Shown: positions 37,741-50,309 of the stretch, one piece after another
Layout of the letters: every line of letters starts with the position of its first letter
Numbering within the stretch: the stretch's first letter is position 1
Origin: Zootoca vivipara
Taxonomy: Eukaryota
Assembly (NCBI RefSeq): GCF_963506605.1
Contig: NC_083281.1
Location: forward strand, 39,494,001 to 39,558,000
Direction: 5' to 3'
DNA: 64,000 nucleotides
Made by a program: the position numbers and the translations under genes
The notes under the pieces: model-generated
What the model saw: the letters and a program-made list of their open reading frames with translations, nothing else
What the model was told of the DNA's origin: nothing
Databases searched by the model: none

Positions 37741-37943
37741 CAGTGGTACCTCTACTTACGAATAACTCAACTTACAAATGTTTCTACTTACGAATGGAGC
37801 TCCATCCGCCATCTTGGATGCGGTTTAGATAGGATTTTTTCTACTTATGAATTTTTAGATAGGGTTGCTTCTACTTACGAATTTTTTTCGACTTACAAAT
37901 GTACGTTTGGAGTGCATTAAATTCGTAAGTAGAGATACCACTG
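37741..37943. mobile_element. Tc1/mariner (Tigger-like) MITE
   Basis: 23-bp TIR CAGTGGTACCTCTACTTACGAAT (1 mismatch); TA TSD. Confidence 0.92.
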
Positions 37944-38782
37944 TAATGCCAATGAAGTTTACTGGCTCACATGTCACTTTGACCTTGGCTAATCTGTGAA
38001 AAAGCTTATCCCGATGGTTGTAATTCAACTGTTGTTTGCTCACAGTAGACCTGTTGTAATTAAAACACGTCTCAATCATGTTCATCAATCTCAATAGCTC
38101 TGCTCTAAGTGAGACTCAGTTGAATACTCCCCCCCAATTTCTCTAGCCTTCTCTGTGTTCATAATGCTATAGAAAAGAGGTAAGGAACCTAGATTTCAGG
38201 CCAAATGCGGCAAGTCAACTCTCTCTTTCTGGCCCTTGGAACTCCCCACCAGGCCACACTGCTCACTTGCCCCCCACTTGCATGTTTTTGCCTGACTGGA
38301 ATGTGCCCTTGAATTCTGATAATACATCTTGTCTGGTAGTAAGGAGTAGAAAGCAGGTAGAAAGCAGGTAGAAAGGAGTAAGTGGGTGTGCGTAAAAGCT
38401 AGCCTTCTTTACAAAGATGAAATTAGCATTTGTTGCTCCACATATTTTTGCCTCTGGTCCCACCCAGTGGCTCTCAGAAGGAAAAGTGGCCCTTGGGTTG
38501 AAAAAGATTCCCTACCCCTGCTATACAGAGGGAAAGAAGCCAAAATACAGGTTTTTGCCCCAAAATGAGTTGTGTGAAGGAAAGGAAGGAAAGCCAAGGG
38601 TAGCAAGGGTAGGAGGATGTTGGCAAATTATTATTATTGTTAATATCATTATTGTTATTATTATCATTCTTTTTTGGAGTTATCCACAAACATGACTATG
38701 ATAAAAATGGATAACTTCTGCATTCACTATGGATAACAGCTAATTGCACCCAAGCTTATCTTTTTCTTGTTAGGGAGGCATA

Positions 38783-38826
<44 letters not shown>
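38783..38826. repeat. (TAA)n microsatellite
   Basis: Seen directly. Confidence 0.97.
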
Positions 38827-38827
<1 letters not shown>

Positions 38828-39067
38828 CCTCTTTGTATGAATGAAATCATTAAAACCATAGAATGTACCAGTCACTTGAAATGAAGTCTACAGGCTACAA
38901 TGACAGGAAGAGGGTTAGCTGGAAACCTGATGCTTTAAAAAAGAGGTGTGCGAAATTCTCAGGCATGGAGGAACAATGTTTCATTCTGGGGGGGGGGCAT
39001 GATATGAAGAAAAAAACACAAAGATTTCTAGTAGTCTATAGGGGGAAGAGCCATAGGTCACTCAAGT

Positions 39068-39246
39068 GGGAAGGTCTGTAGCTCAGTGGTAGAGCATTTG
39101 CTTTGCATGCAAAAGTTCCCAGGTTCAATTCTTGGTATCTCCAGGCAGGAAAAAACTCCTGGTCTGAAATCCTGGAGAGCCACTGCAAGTTAGTGTAGAC
39201 CGTACAGAGCTAGATGGATTCACTGTAACACGGCTTCTTAAGTTCC
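39068..39246 (+). mobile_element. Squam2-like SINE
   Basis: Intact A-box tagctcagtggtagagc and B-box ggttcaattc, with the family body. Confidence 0.8.
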
Positions 39247-40095
39247 AAACACTGCCTCACTTCTTAAGTTTTGGCATAAAAGTTACAATGTCCCCATTTG
39301 CCCAGCCCTGATCCTTCTCTCTAGCTCTAATTTTGATACAGTTTGCTTTGAAAGACACTTTCCAAAATGATACATAAACTGAAACTGCTTTGAAATTTTC
39401 GCTTTCCCGAATTTTGTAGTGCAGTTCTCCAGCCAAATACTGTAATGCATACAAAAATGAATATACCGGGGTCATGAGTGCATAAAAATGTATGTATTAG
39501 TGAAGTTAGCATGCACTGGTAGCCACTGGACGACGGTCAGCCTTCTGGTATGGATGGATAAAGTTATCTATGGCTTAGGACCAGGATACAGTACCTGAAA
39601 GACGGCTATGCATGATGGCTAGGCTTTGCCCTCCGTAGCTGGAGGCAGCAATGCTTCTGAAGATCAGTTGCTGGAAACCACAGGAGGGGAATTGTGCTTG
39701 CACTTGGATGCTGCTGTTTCCCAAGGTTGTCTGGTTCAGCACAGTGAGAAAAGGATGCTGAAATAGATGGGCTGCTGGCCTGATCCAGGAGGCTCTTCTT
39801 AAGTCTTTGTGTTATGTAAAATACTTTCAGTTTCCTTGAGATGTCTATCTGCTAAAGAAAGGTCTTTCTCCTGTTGCTCAAACATTTACATACTGTAATA
39901 ATGAGATAGATACTATCATGTTTTGGTGGCCTGTTGGCAGCCATGCCAACTGCAGGGGGGGTTGTTTTTTATTCTTACAGTATTACAATATTATAAATAT
40001 AAATACAATACTTATAAATGTATTCAACAACAGAACATGGATGGTGGAGGAGACAAAGCTGTGTAGAGGAGAGGCCCAGGAGAAAGGGAGGTTTG

Positions 40096-40344
40096 GAAGA
40101 AGAAGAGTTTGGATTTGATAGCCCGCTTTATCACTACCCGAAGGAGTCTCAAAGCGGCTAACATTCTCCTTTCCCCTCCTCCCCCACAACAAACACTCTG
40201 TGAGGTGGGTGGGGCTGAGAGACTTCAGAGAAGTGTGACTAGCCCAAGGTCACCCAGCAGCTGGATGTGGAGGAGCGGAGACATGAACCCGGTTTCCCAG
40301 ATTACGAGTCTACCACTCTTAACCACTACACCACACTGGCTCTC
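40096..40344 (-). mobile_element. CORE-type SINE (Squam3/MIR-like), young copy
   Basis: Minus-strand head GAGAGCCAGTGTGGTGTAGTGGTTAAGAG, CORE-like ctgtgaggtgggtggggctgagag, (CTT)n tail. Confidence 0.85.
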
Positions 40345-40431
40345 TTGGAGAGTTAACAGTCCTGCAGAAGGCTGAGGAATAAGGGGCTGTGTGCTGCTTG
40401 TACTAGCAGTGGTACTTCAGAGAGCTGGAAA

Positions 40432-40784
40432 TAAGGGTGGTGGAAAAATTCAGTTATGTGAACCAAAACAATTGTTCAGAATTTAAATTTATTTGAATTT
40501 TGTGAGCCCGTTCTTCTCCCATACAATGTATACAAAAATGCATATATGAGTGAAAATAACATATAAAGATGCATTATATTAGCAAGGAAAAATGCTTTGA
40601 ACGCAAGTATATTGGGCAAAATTGCATGCAAAACTGTGTTTATTTAGAGAAATCCACACTAAAATGCTGGTGGAATTTCATGAGTTTTATTTTAAAATGC
40701 AAATTGCTGCAGAAATGTGAAGAACTGAAATCAAGGTTGGAAAGAGGAGAAACTGAGAAAAACTGACAGATTCGTCCAGCTCTA
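40432..40784. mobile_element. AT-rich non-autonomous DNA element (TAGGG-terminus family)
   Basis: Similar to 46063-46497 and 52648-53442 (aaaatgctggtg...gaaactgagaaaaactgacagattc). Confidence 0.7.
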
Positions 40785-41493
40785 TTTTGTAATTCTGCTC
40801 CAGGAAGTCGGTATCAAAGCTAACGGGCAGTAGGTGATTCTGAAATTCACATATTGAGATACCAGCCTTATTTTTGCCTGCAGGGTTTTAGTTATTAATT
40901 GGTTTTTAACCACTGTAAACTACATTGAGCACTGGGAGATGGAGCAGGTTAAAAATACCCAATCAAATCAATCTATTGTCTGGGCAACCAGAAATGCATT
41001 GATTCCACATTCGTTATCATGCCTGCTGGGTGCAGCTTAAAATCCTTGACTTCTGAGGCGTTCCTGCTTTCAGCTGAGGATGTCCCCCCCCCCCCCCCCG
41101 GTGCAAACTTCTTGCTACTCAAATGCACCTTTTGGCAAACCTGAATGTTGACAGCTTGGTAAGCGAGTGAGCATCAAGAGAGGAAGAAATATGTGTGCAG
41201 CTACTTTGTCTTGATTGGTGACTGCAATATGACACCCAAGACTTCACTTTGCAGTCTGGGCAAATATGAAGCATCCGATCTAAACCCTGGGATGGCTGCA
41301 GTCACAAACAATAGTGCACTTGAGTGATTTCGCTGCCTTTCTCTGCACAGAGGCCAGGCATTGTGAGAGGAGGTAGACCCTGGATTTCTCAGAGTTTCAT
41401 TTTTGGATTCAGTTGCAAAATGTGGACTCAGGCTCTGTTACTTCCAGCCAGAGCTTTAGTGAAGTTCCCAGGAAGGGCCATAATTCACTCAAG

Positions 41494-41662
41494 GGGGAAA
41501 GACGTGGCAGTAGAGAACATGCTTTCCTTGCAGAAGATCCCATGTTCAATTCCCAGTGTCTCCAGGAATAACTCCTGCCTGAAAACCTGGAGAACCACTG
41601 CCAGTCAGTGCAGACCTTACTGAGCTATATGGACCAACTGATTTGGAATAAGGCAGCTTATT
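41494..41662 (+). mobile_element. Squam2-like SINE
   Basis: gcagaagatcccatgttcaattcccag...ccactgccagtcagtgcagac...aaggcagctt. Confidence 0.7.
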
Positions 41663-42205
41663 TTTTGGGGGGAAGGGCTACAGCTGTGTGGGATGTTTTG
41701 TATGCAAGGGGTCTCACTTTCAACACACAACATTTATGATTGAAAAGCGAACTGGGATTTAAAAAAATGGAGGAGCTCTAATATGGTATGGTGGGTTCAT
41801 CACAGTTCATATTGCATCCCTGGACTGTTTTAAATCTGCTAGATTGTAGAATATATTCCTGAAACTGTTTCAGAGTCATTCCATGATGGGCAAAGCTATA
41901 ATTTGCCACTGACTTCTAGGTTTCCCAGTGGTAACCCAAGATTTTCTCCTAGAAATCTGTTCATCTCTAATTCATTCATGACTGATTATCTCAGCAGCAC
42001 TGGTTCAGGCACCAGGCATAACTCCTTCGCAAATCTACTTGTCCTGGACAATGATGCTGGACAACCACACCATATCAGGTACCATCAACAGCAGCCACCT
42101 CACCTAGGAATACCAGGACACAGCTGGATGTATCTTTGTCCTTCCATTCTGTTCAGTGGGCTTTTACTTTGGTTGTCATGGCAATGAATCAAGCAGGGAT
42201 CACTC

Positions 42206-42334
42206 CAGGGGTAGGAAAGATGAGCCCCCTCCAGATGTTGCTGAACTACAACTCCCACCATCCCTGAATAATAACCTGGCTGCTGGAAGTTGTAGTCCCA
42301 CAACATCTGTACAGCACCAGGTTCCCTATCCCTG
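42206..42334. mobile_element. hAT-type MITE, older copy
   Basis: CAGGGGTAGG...CCTATCCCTG with a ccagatgttg / caacatctg internal inverted repeat. Confidence 0.75.
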
Positions 42335-42404
42335 AATTAGACCCATTTGTTATGTGCAGAAAAGGTCAACCAACAGGACCACTCAGAATTTCACCTGATG
42401 CAAA

Positions 42405-42590
42405 AGAGCCAGTGTGATGCAGTAAGACCTCGGAGACCAGAATTCAAATCCCTACTCAGCCATGAAGCCCAGGGTGACTTTGGGCTAGTTACTCAGTCTT
42501 AACCCACCTCACAAGGTTGTTTTGTTGATAAAATGGGGAAGGAAATAACTAAGTATGTCACTTTGTGCTCCTTGATGAATGGTGGGACAT
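42405..42590 (+). mobile_element. CORE SINE (Squam3/MIR-like), old copy
   Basis: agagccagtgtg head, ttcaaatccc B-box, CORE cccacctcacaaggttgtt. Confidence 0.7.
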
Positions 42591-43729
42591 CATCATGCTA
42601 TCCATGTCTGCTCAGAAGTAAATCCTATTGAATTCATTGGAGCTTATTCACAGGTAAATGGATTTAGTAACACATTAATCTATTGCAAAATATGCTTTAC
42701 TTGCAAAAAAAAAGTACAAGAGAAAAGGATTGGGAGGAATGTTAGACATCAGAGAGCAGCTGTGCTCTTTTCCCAGTATATGCTCTTTTCCCAGTATTTT
42801 GCACAGTAATTCTTCATAGCCACAACCATTCACAAGATTGGTTCACGAGACTGTGTAGGAAAATCTTCAACAAAAGCCAAACAGATTCTAATGTTAATAT
42901 CAATATGGGTTTGAAAAGAATACGGGTTTAGATACAACACATAAATCTGTAGAGCAGAGAAAGAGAAGTTGTGTTCAAAGCAACTGTGTCTACCTACAGT
43001 ACATCTTAATTTCATTTATTTTAGTCATTTAGATTGGCAGGTACTTTTTAGAACTACCGGGAGTTCTTGTTGACAATAGTAAGAGGGGACAGGTTATAAG
43101 CACAGCAGGAAATGGGAATTCACAAGTCCTGTTTTCTGTTCCATCATTTACAGTAATGGACATGACCAAGTTAGGCTGTGTTCAATGTGATACAGCAAGC
43201 AGTATTTAGTTAGAGCTGATGATATTTCCTCCCAACACATTTTGACACAAATCCCATTTTGCAATGACAAAAATCTACTCAGCCTTGTAAGATGCCCAAG
43301 GCTATTTGCTGGGACATGAAGATACAAGAGACCATCTTCCCATCTAGCATGTCAAAGGCATCCAAACCAGCTATGCTTCTGGGCATGCTGTGAATAGGTT
43401 TAGAAATGCACACCCTGTCCCTTGAGGGCATGAAGAAGAATACCTCTGTGAAATGTCACTGGAAGAGTTTTGCATTAGGCTAGCATATGCCTAGATATTA
43501 TCAACTAGATATGAGAGACCCCCCCATCATGCACTAGCCTTTGTGGGATTGGTTTCAGTACTGAAACTGAAATGTACAGATGTGCCTATCCCTATCTGCA
43601 ATGTTGCGTTAGTATTTTCTGTGAGTCATTTGGTGGGATAGCTGGAGAAATTGTTTAAGGAGTTCTTGGGATTAGATCAGGAGTGTGTGACAAGCATGGA
43701 GATTGCATAGAGGATTAACTTGGCTGGAA

Positions 43730-44650
43730 CAAGTTGCTGGAAATGTCAGGAAGCGAGAAGGGACTACATCCACATGTGGTGGAAGTATAAGACTTTCATA
43801 TAATAAAAACCCAAATTATACAGATTTTAGGATATGAGATCCCACTTCACCCTATATTCTTTTCGTATAATTATGTTAGACAATTGGTGAAATTAGAAGA
43901 CCAAGAGTTGGTTTCTTAAATGCTCACTATAGCCAGAATTCTTTGTGCTGAATATTGAAGATTCCAAACTACACCAAGAGCCACTGTTGAAAAATGGGAT
44001 TAACAACAGATTGTTGAAAAAATGGGATTAACAAACTTTCTAAAAGATCAAGAAAGAAGACAGAGTTGACATAATTATTTGGCAAAAGGACAGAAATGTA
44101 TGGTGTATCAATCCCAGCCAATACTTATGGATTTACTGTGTATTAATAGTACTGTGGAAAAATGAATAGAAATACTATTAAAAATAAAAAAATAGTCCTA
44201 TAGAAAGTAGATAAAGATATGATTTGTATATTAAGAGATTAAGAAAATTATGGAAATGGTGCTTTATATTAATTTGGAAATCAAATGGGTAGGAAGATTA
44301 AAGTTTACCTTCTGGATAAGCTTTTGGTTATTAAAGGATTATTATTAAGGGATCAATGTTATATTGTTTTATCTGTTGGCACAGAGCTTTCCAAACCATG
44401 TGTCGCGACACGTTAGTATGTAGGTGTGCTGCACAAATGATCCCTGTGCTCCTCCCGGGGCTAGAAAGGGGTTAAGTTTAACCTCCGGTTTGCTAGTAAA
44501 ACTGAATTGCTGTGTCGTGAAACGATGCATGTCTAAAAAGTTTGCCACCAGCACGAAAAGTTTGGAAAGCTCTGTGTTAGCATGAACAATTTCATTCATT
44601 TTGTGATATAATTATGTATGCTGTTATGATAAAAATTAATTGATAAATAT
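43730..44650 (+). mobile_element. Degraded L1-clade LINE 3' end
   Basis: SCWKCQEARRDYIHMWW zinc-knuckle motif at 43732, followed by an AT-rich 3' UTR. Confidence 0.75.
44382..44574. mobile_element. hAT MITE inserted in the L1 3' UTR
   Basis: Perfect 15-bp TIR CAGAGCTTTCCAAAC; TSD TGTTGGCA/TGTTAGCA. Confidence 0.92.
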
Positions 44651-45017
44651 ATTTTGCTGTAGGTTGCAGGTAGGTATGTGTGGGACACTCCCAATATGAG
44701 AAAAGTACCCCCTGAGGAACAAAGCCTACAGACAGAGTGGAGAACCTTTTCAAACTGAGGCATTCTCATCTGGGCAAATTTCCAGAAGTCACGTGCCTGT
44801 GGTGGGCAGGGCCAGAGACAAAACTGAGGGGAGTAAAAAAAAAAATTGCAAATTTTGCTTTTCTACAGTAAACTAGTTTCTACACAGACTCTTGCACCTC
44901 TTCCTATCCTGCCAGCTGAACAAAAGAGACAATATTGTTCAACTACATATTTCAAGCAGGTAGAAATAGTTACGGAAGATACTGGTGACAGGAGTGGCCT
45001 GGGGAGAGACCTGAGAC

Positions 45018-45463
45018 CAGGGGCGGAGCAAGCAGGGGGCGGGGGCGATCCGCCCCGAGCTACGCCCTGGGGGGGGTGACAGACACTCAGCCTCCCTGGC
45101 CAGCCCCTCGCCTCCGCCCGCAAATGCACAGTCCATTTAGGACGCTGCTGGTGTGCGGCGGCTCCACGGTGTTCTGCATGCGCTTGGCGGCCCTTACGGG
45201 GTGCAGCTCTCGTGTGGCACCCCTTAACGGATCTCCGTGTGTGAGCGCCGCTCTGTGGAGCTGCTGCAGGCCAGCAGCACCGTGATCGGACTGCACAAGC
45301 GCCGGATCCAGCGCATGCACAGTCAGCACGGGGTCACGGTGACGGCACGGTGACCCTGTGCTGACTGCACACGAGCTGGATCCGGTGCTATGTAACGACG
45401 ACGCACCCCTGGGTGCATGGCAATCTGCCGCCCTGGGTGTCATGGCGTCTCCCTACGCCCCTG
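45018..45463. mobile_element. GC/CpG-rich hAT MITE
   Basis: TIRs CAGGGGCGGAG / CTACGCCCCTG; perfect TSD CCTGAGAC. Confidence 0.92.
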
Positions 45464-46062
45464 CCTGAGACAGAGAGATCTGAAAGTCTGGATTTGTATC
45501 CTTGGGCCTAAGGGCATGAATTGCATCCAGCTACACACAATTATGGAGGGCCGCATATACATAATTATCCATTATTTCCAGTAGTTGGGTTTGTGAAGGT
45601 AGCAAGAATAGCACGTTGACCACAGTAATTTGAGGATTTCACTTTGAGCCAGTTCCCAGGTCTGGGGAGCTGCCAAGTTTCAGATGAAAGTACAAAGTCA
45701 TGTTCCTGTCTGGTTCTCTGCTGTGTGTTCAGTTGAAACATATTTTCCAGCTAAGAAATTGCCTGTTGCCAGGATGCCAGACTCCTAGCCTGTTGTGTAG
45801 CAGCTGCTCTTATATGCCTTTTTCAACTCCTTGTACCAAGGACAAAAGTGGCAACCTTTGGTGAAGTGAATAGCACCTACAAATGAAGGAGGAAATCCCC
45901 ATCAGATATGCTACAGGGCACTACATTTGCTATCCCCGAGTATAGGGAGGATTACATTATTATTCATATGTTTGAAAACTTGGACTTAGCAAACAGATGG
46001 GGAATATATGGATTGAGAACAGAAAGGGGAGTGCAAGTGTTTGTAGAAATCAGTGCAAAGGT

Positions 46063-46497
46063 TAGGGACGGGAGCAATATTGGATACAGTTTGCATTTAA
46101 AGGCAAACCTCATTAATTTGCACTTTTTGAAACAGTAAGAAAACTGAAATGCAACCATCCTTTGAATTTTGCAGCGCAATGCTCCAGCTCAGCACTAGGT
46201 ACCAAAAGCCATATGTACTGGGAGAAAGTGTGCATACAAATGCATGTATAGTAGTGAAAGCCGTGTACAAAGAAGCATTGTACTGTATTAGGCAAAACTT
46301 CCTTCCAAAATGGTATTAGGCAACATTGCATGCAAGCATATATATATATTAGAAATTCACAGTAAAATGCTGGTGAATGTTCACGAGGACTTTAAAAAAA
46401 AACTTCATAAATTTCATGTGGAAATGTGGCGAACAGAACAATATTGGAAAAGTCCAAAACAGAGAGAAACTGAAATAGATTGATTCAGCCACCCCTA
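46063..46497. mobile_element. AT-rich non-autonomous DNA element (TAGGG...CCCTA)
   Basis: Inverted termini; similar to the 40432 and 52648 copies. Confidence 0.7.
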
Positions 46498-46699
46498 ACA
46501 ATGTAACATTTATATCCATCACTCCACCAAATTTGCCCCAGGCCTCACCCGCCACCATTACGTGGCCCCATAAGATTACCTAGAAGGGAATGAGGTCTCC
46601 AGGTTGCAAAAAGTTCCGCACTCTTGCCTTAGGGCACAGTGTCCCACCAAACTAAACACTGGGGATTTGCTGGATCCTTTCTGGATCACCACTGATATC

Positions 46700-47160
46700 T
46701 GTTCAATATCTTGCTTCTCACAGTAGCCAACCAGATGCTTCTGGGAAGTTCAAAAGCAAGGCACGGAAAAGGCCATATTCCTCCCTGCAGTTCCTACCCA
46801 GAGGCAAACTGCCTTTGAACTTGCAGGTTCTACTTAGCCATCATGGTGACTAGCCATTGACAGCCATCCCCTCCTCTGTGAATTTGTCTTATCCCCTTTT
46901 AATGCCATCTAAGCTATTAGCTATCACTGCATTTAGCAGCAATGAATTCCATAAATTATTTATTGCACAAAGAAATACTTTTCTTTTGTCTGTCCTGAAT
47001 TTCCTGTCAATCATTTTAATTGGATGGTCCTGAATTTTAGTGTTACAAAACGGGAGGAAAGTTCCCCTTCATCCACTTCCTTGACACCATGAGTTGTGTT
47101 TTTTTCCCCTTTCTTTTTTTTAAAAAAACTTCTGTCATGTCCCCCAGTACATCTCCCTGC
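46700..47160 (-). mobile_element. CR1-like LINE 3' fragment
   Basis: gccatcatggtgactagccattgacagcc...gcaatgaattccata...tttgtctgtcctgaat, typical of a CR1 minus strand. Confidence 0.75.
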
Positions 47161-47784
47161 AGTTGTCAAAATGTCAACATTTGCTGTACACACACACACA
47201 CAAAAAGAGAATGAGCAAGTGTGAGAAAGAGAATCCCATATATACAATCCCATATACATCCCATATATATTCTAGTAGGAACTGGGTCTAGCGGCATTGG
47301 GAAACAGGAATCCAGTTTGAAGACAGAGAGATCGACACACAGACAATGTGTCGCTTTGCTGGATCCCATTGCTTATGTTCCAAAATCTGGTTTTCTAACA
47401 AGAATTAAGCTGAGCTTCAACCAAGAGAACATTGGAATCCCAGAATGGAAACAGATTCATTAAACTCCTCACTGTTTAAAACCTGCTGACAAATGGATCA
47501 ACGTTTTTTCTTGAAAAAATGAGGCTTCTTGTTACTTCTTTAAAAATACCCCCCCCCAAAAAAACCGACCACATTTATTTAGGAAATTAATATTCTTTAA
47601 TAGATGGACAGATAAGTCTATTGAACCCTGTATGTAGATAGTGGAATTGCCCAACTATTTTATGCATTGGCCCACTGAATTAAAGCAGACGATTGAGGAT
47701 TCCTGTTTCTTAAAGCCCACCTTTTAGGAAAGACCCTCTTAGGGCACTTTCCTATGTATATATGGTTAAAAACAAGAACAGGGC

Positions 47785-48645
47785 TTATGTGGTGATGCAT
47801 TCTACATGGGGCTACCTTTGAAAAGTGCTCAGAAACTCCAGCAGGATCAAAGAGCTGCAGCCAGACTGTTGGCCAGGATCCTTATACAAATCCTCTGTTA
47901 CAACTGCTCCACTGGCTGCCAGTCAGTTTCCGGGCACAATTCAAAGCACTGGTTATGACCTGATATGGCTTGTGACATGGGAGAGGGCCTTCTTGGTGGC
48001 TGCTCCCAAGCTTTGGAACTCCCTTCGTAGAGAAGTTAGGTTGGCTCCCTCCTTGCTCCCTTCCACTGGCAAGTGAATACATTTCTATTCCAACAGGCGT
48101 TGGTGACTGACTTTCTGAGGAAAGGGCTGGTGCAGTGATCTTTGTGTTTTTAATGGTTCTTTGATATTACTTTAATTCTATTGGTGTATACGTAATTAAA
48201 TTTTCATGATTGTCCTTTGTATGTTTTTAGCTTGCTCTATTTCATCTGGTTAAGGGACGTGGGTGGCGCTGTGGTCTAAACCACTGAGCCCAGGGCTTGC
48301 CGATCAGAAGGTCGGCGGTTCGAATCCCTGAGACGGGGTGGGCTCCCATTGCTCGGTCCCATCTCCTGCCAACCTAGCAGTTCGAAAGCACGTCAAAGTG
48401 CAAGTAGGTAAATAGGTACCGCTCCGGCGGGAAGGTAAACGGCATTTCCAGGTGCTGCTCTGGTTCGCCAGGAGTGGCTTAGTCATGCTGGCCACATGAC
48501 CCGGAAGCTGTCTGCGGACAAACGCCGGCTCCCTCGGCCTATAGAGCGAGATGAGCGCCACAACCCCAGAGTCATCTGCGACTAGACCTAACGGTCAGGG
48601 GTCACCTTTATTTCATCTGAGGGAAAGGTGGGATATAAATATAAC
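47785..48645 (+). mobile_element. L2 LINE 3' fragment, interrupted by a Sauria SINE
   Basis: LYMGLPLK...KLQ..Q..AARLL, LHWLPV, RAFLVAAPKLWNSL; 3' end gaaaggtgggatataaat. Confidence 0.8.
48249..48608 (+). mobile_element. Full-length Sauria SINE
   Basis: GGGACGTGGGTGGCGCTGTGG head, B-box GGTTCGAATCC, ACCTTT tail; 11-bp TSD TATTTCATCTG. Confidence 0.95.
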
Positions 48646-48677
48646 AATATAAATATATGAATATAATATATAATTAT

Positions 48678-49026
48678 GTTAAGGGACCCAGGTGGCGCTG
48701 TGGTTAAACCACTGAGCCTAGGGCTTGCTGATCAGAAGGTCGGCGGTTCGAATCCCTGTGACGGGGTGAGCTCCCGTTGCTCAGTCCCTGCTCCTGCCAA
48801 CCTAGCAGTTTGAAAGCACGTCAAAATGCAAGTAGATAAATAGGAACCGCTACAGCGGGAAGGTAAATGGCGTTTCCATGTGCTGCTCTGGTTTGCCAGA
48901 AGCGGCTTTGTCATGCTGGCCACATGACCTGGAAGCTATACGCCGGCTCCCTCGGCCAATAATGCGAGATGAGCGCGCAACCCCAGAGTCGGTCACGACT
49001 GGACCTAATGGTCAGGGATCCCTTTA
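48678..49026 (+). mobile_element. Full-length Sauria SINE, tandem with the previous copy
   Basis: Same head and body; AT-rich flanks. Confidence 0.95.
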
Positions 49027-50000
49027 TAAATGTATATAATATAATAATATAGCAACAAATTATTTATATAACATATAAAAAACACTTGATGGCAAAGCAC
49101 TGATATGCCACCAAGCATGGAACCGCATGGGCAACCGCACTAGACACCATACAGCTATGTTCTGGTTTAGATTCTTTCTTTTATATTACTCTCTCTCCAG
49201 CCACCAGCTGCTTGGTCATTTGTTCTTCTTCCCAACTGACGAGTCTCCAAGCGGCAGGAGAGCCACCATCTGGAAGGTCAGGAGAAAAGATAGTTTGGGA
49301 AGTGCAAATGAGCTGGCAGTCTTTCATCTGGTGCCTGGGAAATGGCAACTGCTCCCGACTCACTCAAGCAGGCCTGGGAAACAGGCCGTGTCACGTTGGG
49401 GGCCTGAGGCCTGGTTGGAGAGAGGGAGGAAATGACAGGGAAGATGGGAGCCCATCAACCATCCTTGCCATATCTTGCCATCTGTGAGAGATGCCTTGCT
49501 AAGGGAAAGGGAGTTAGCGAGGAAACGAGCAAGTTATTCATGTAGGACACGGTGGTGGCAGTCATGTTTTGCCTGCAGGATAGAGTCATCATTATTTATT
49601 TATTTTTTGCAAGAATATCTATACGCTACAAAATCATAAGAAAGGAATTGTCCTCCGTTCCCGCTACTATTTGTTTTAGTTTTTGAGCCTCTGGCACTGC
49701 ACTTGAGGACTGTGTTGGGAACACAGGGGCTCCTGACTGGTGACAAAATATACATTTTAGAGATGTACTCAGACAACACGGTGTGGGTTACACTCATCCA
49801 ATTCACACAGCTATGATTCTGAAAGAAGAATTGGTGGCTGGAGAGAGTATACCGTAGTTTCTGGCTTGAAAGAGAATTTCCATAAACCAAGGGTTATGCT
49901 CTTTAATATTCAGCCATATACACAGACTCCCCTTTTCAAGCACTTCCAGTTTGGATACCCCGCAAGACAATTGGCTTCACGGAAAAAAGAAATGAAATAG

Positions 50001-50309
50001 CATACCCTGCAAGTGTCCTGGAAAAGAGGGACATTCCATTTTCTCGCACAAGAGCACAGCGGCCATTTTGGGTGCTGTAATCTCACACAATTTTGAGCTG
50101 AGATCCCGACCTGAAAAAAGCGTGCACGGGGGGGGGGGGGGTTTCCCAGGGCTGCAATCTCATGCGGCACCCCAAAATGCACATCTTTTGGCACTTTGTA
50201 AGCATGGCCACCTCAAAATGCATGTATTTTGGGCTCCGTGATCTCGTGTGGGATCATGGATGGCAAGATGCATGTCCTAGTTTTGGAAGTCAAGATGTTA
50301 GAGGGTATG
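50001..50309. mobile_element. MITE with CATACCCT termini
   Basis: CATACCCT...AGGGTATG inverted termini. Confidence 0.7.

Noticed and set aside
37741-37943. Regularly repeated CTACTTACGAA units resembling a CRISPR array
   Set aside because: Internal repeats of a Tigger-like MITE in a eukaryotic genome; spacing is irregular and there are no cas genes.
43985-44035. Short tandem duplications (also near 5288, 38345, 42762 and 51463)
   Set aside because: Ordinary slippage duplications.
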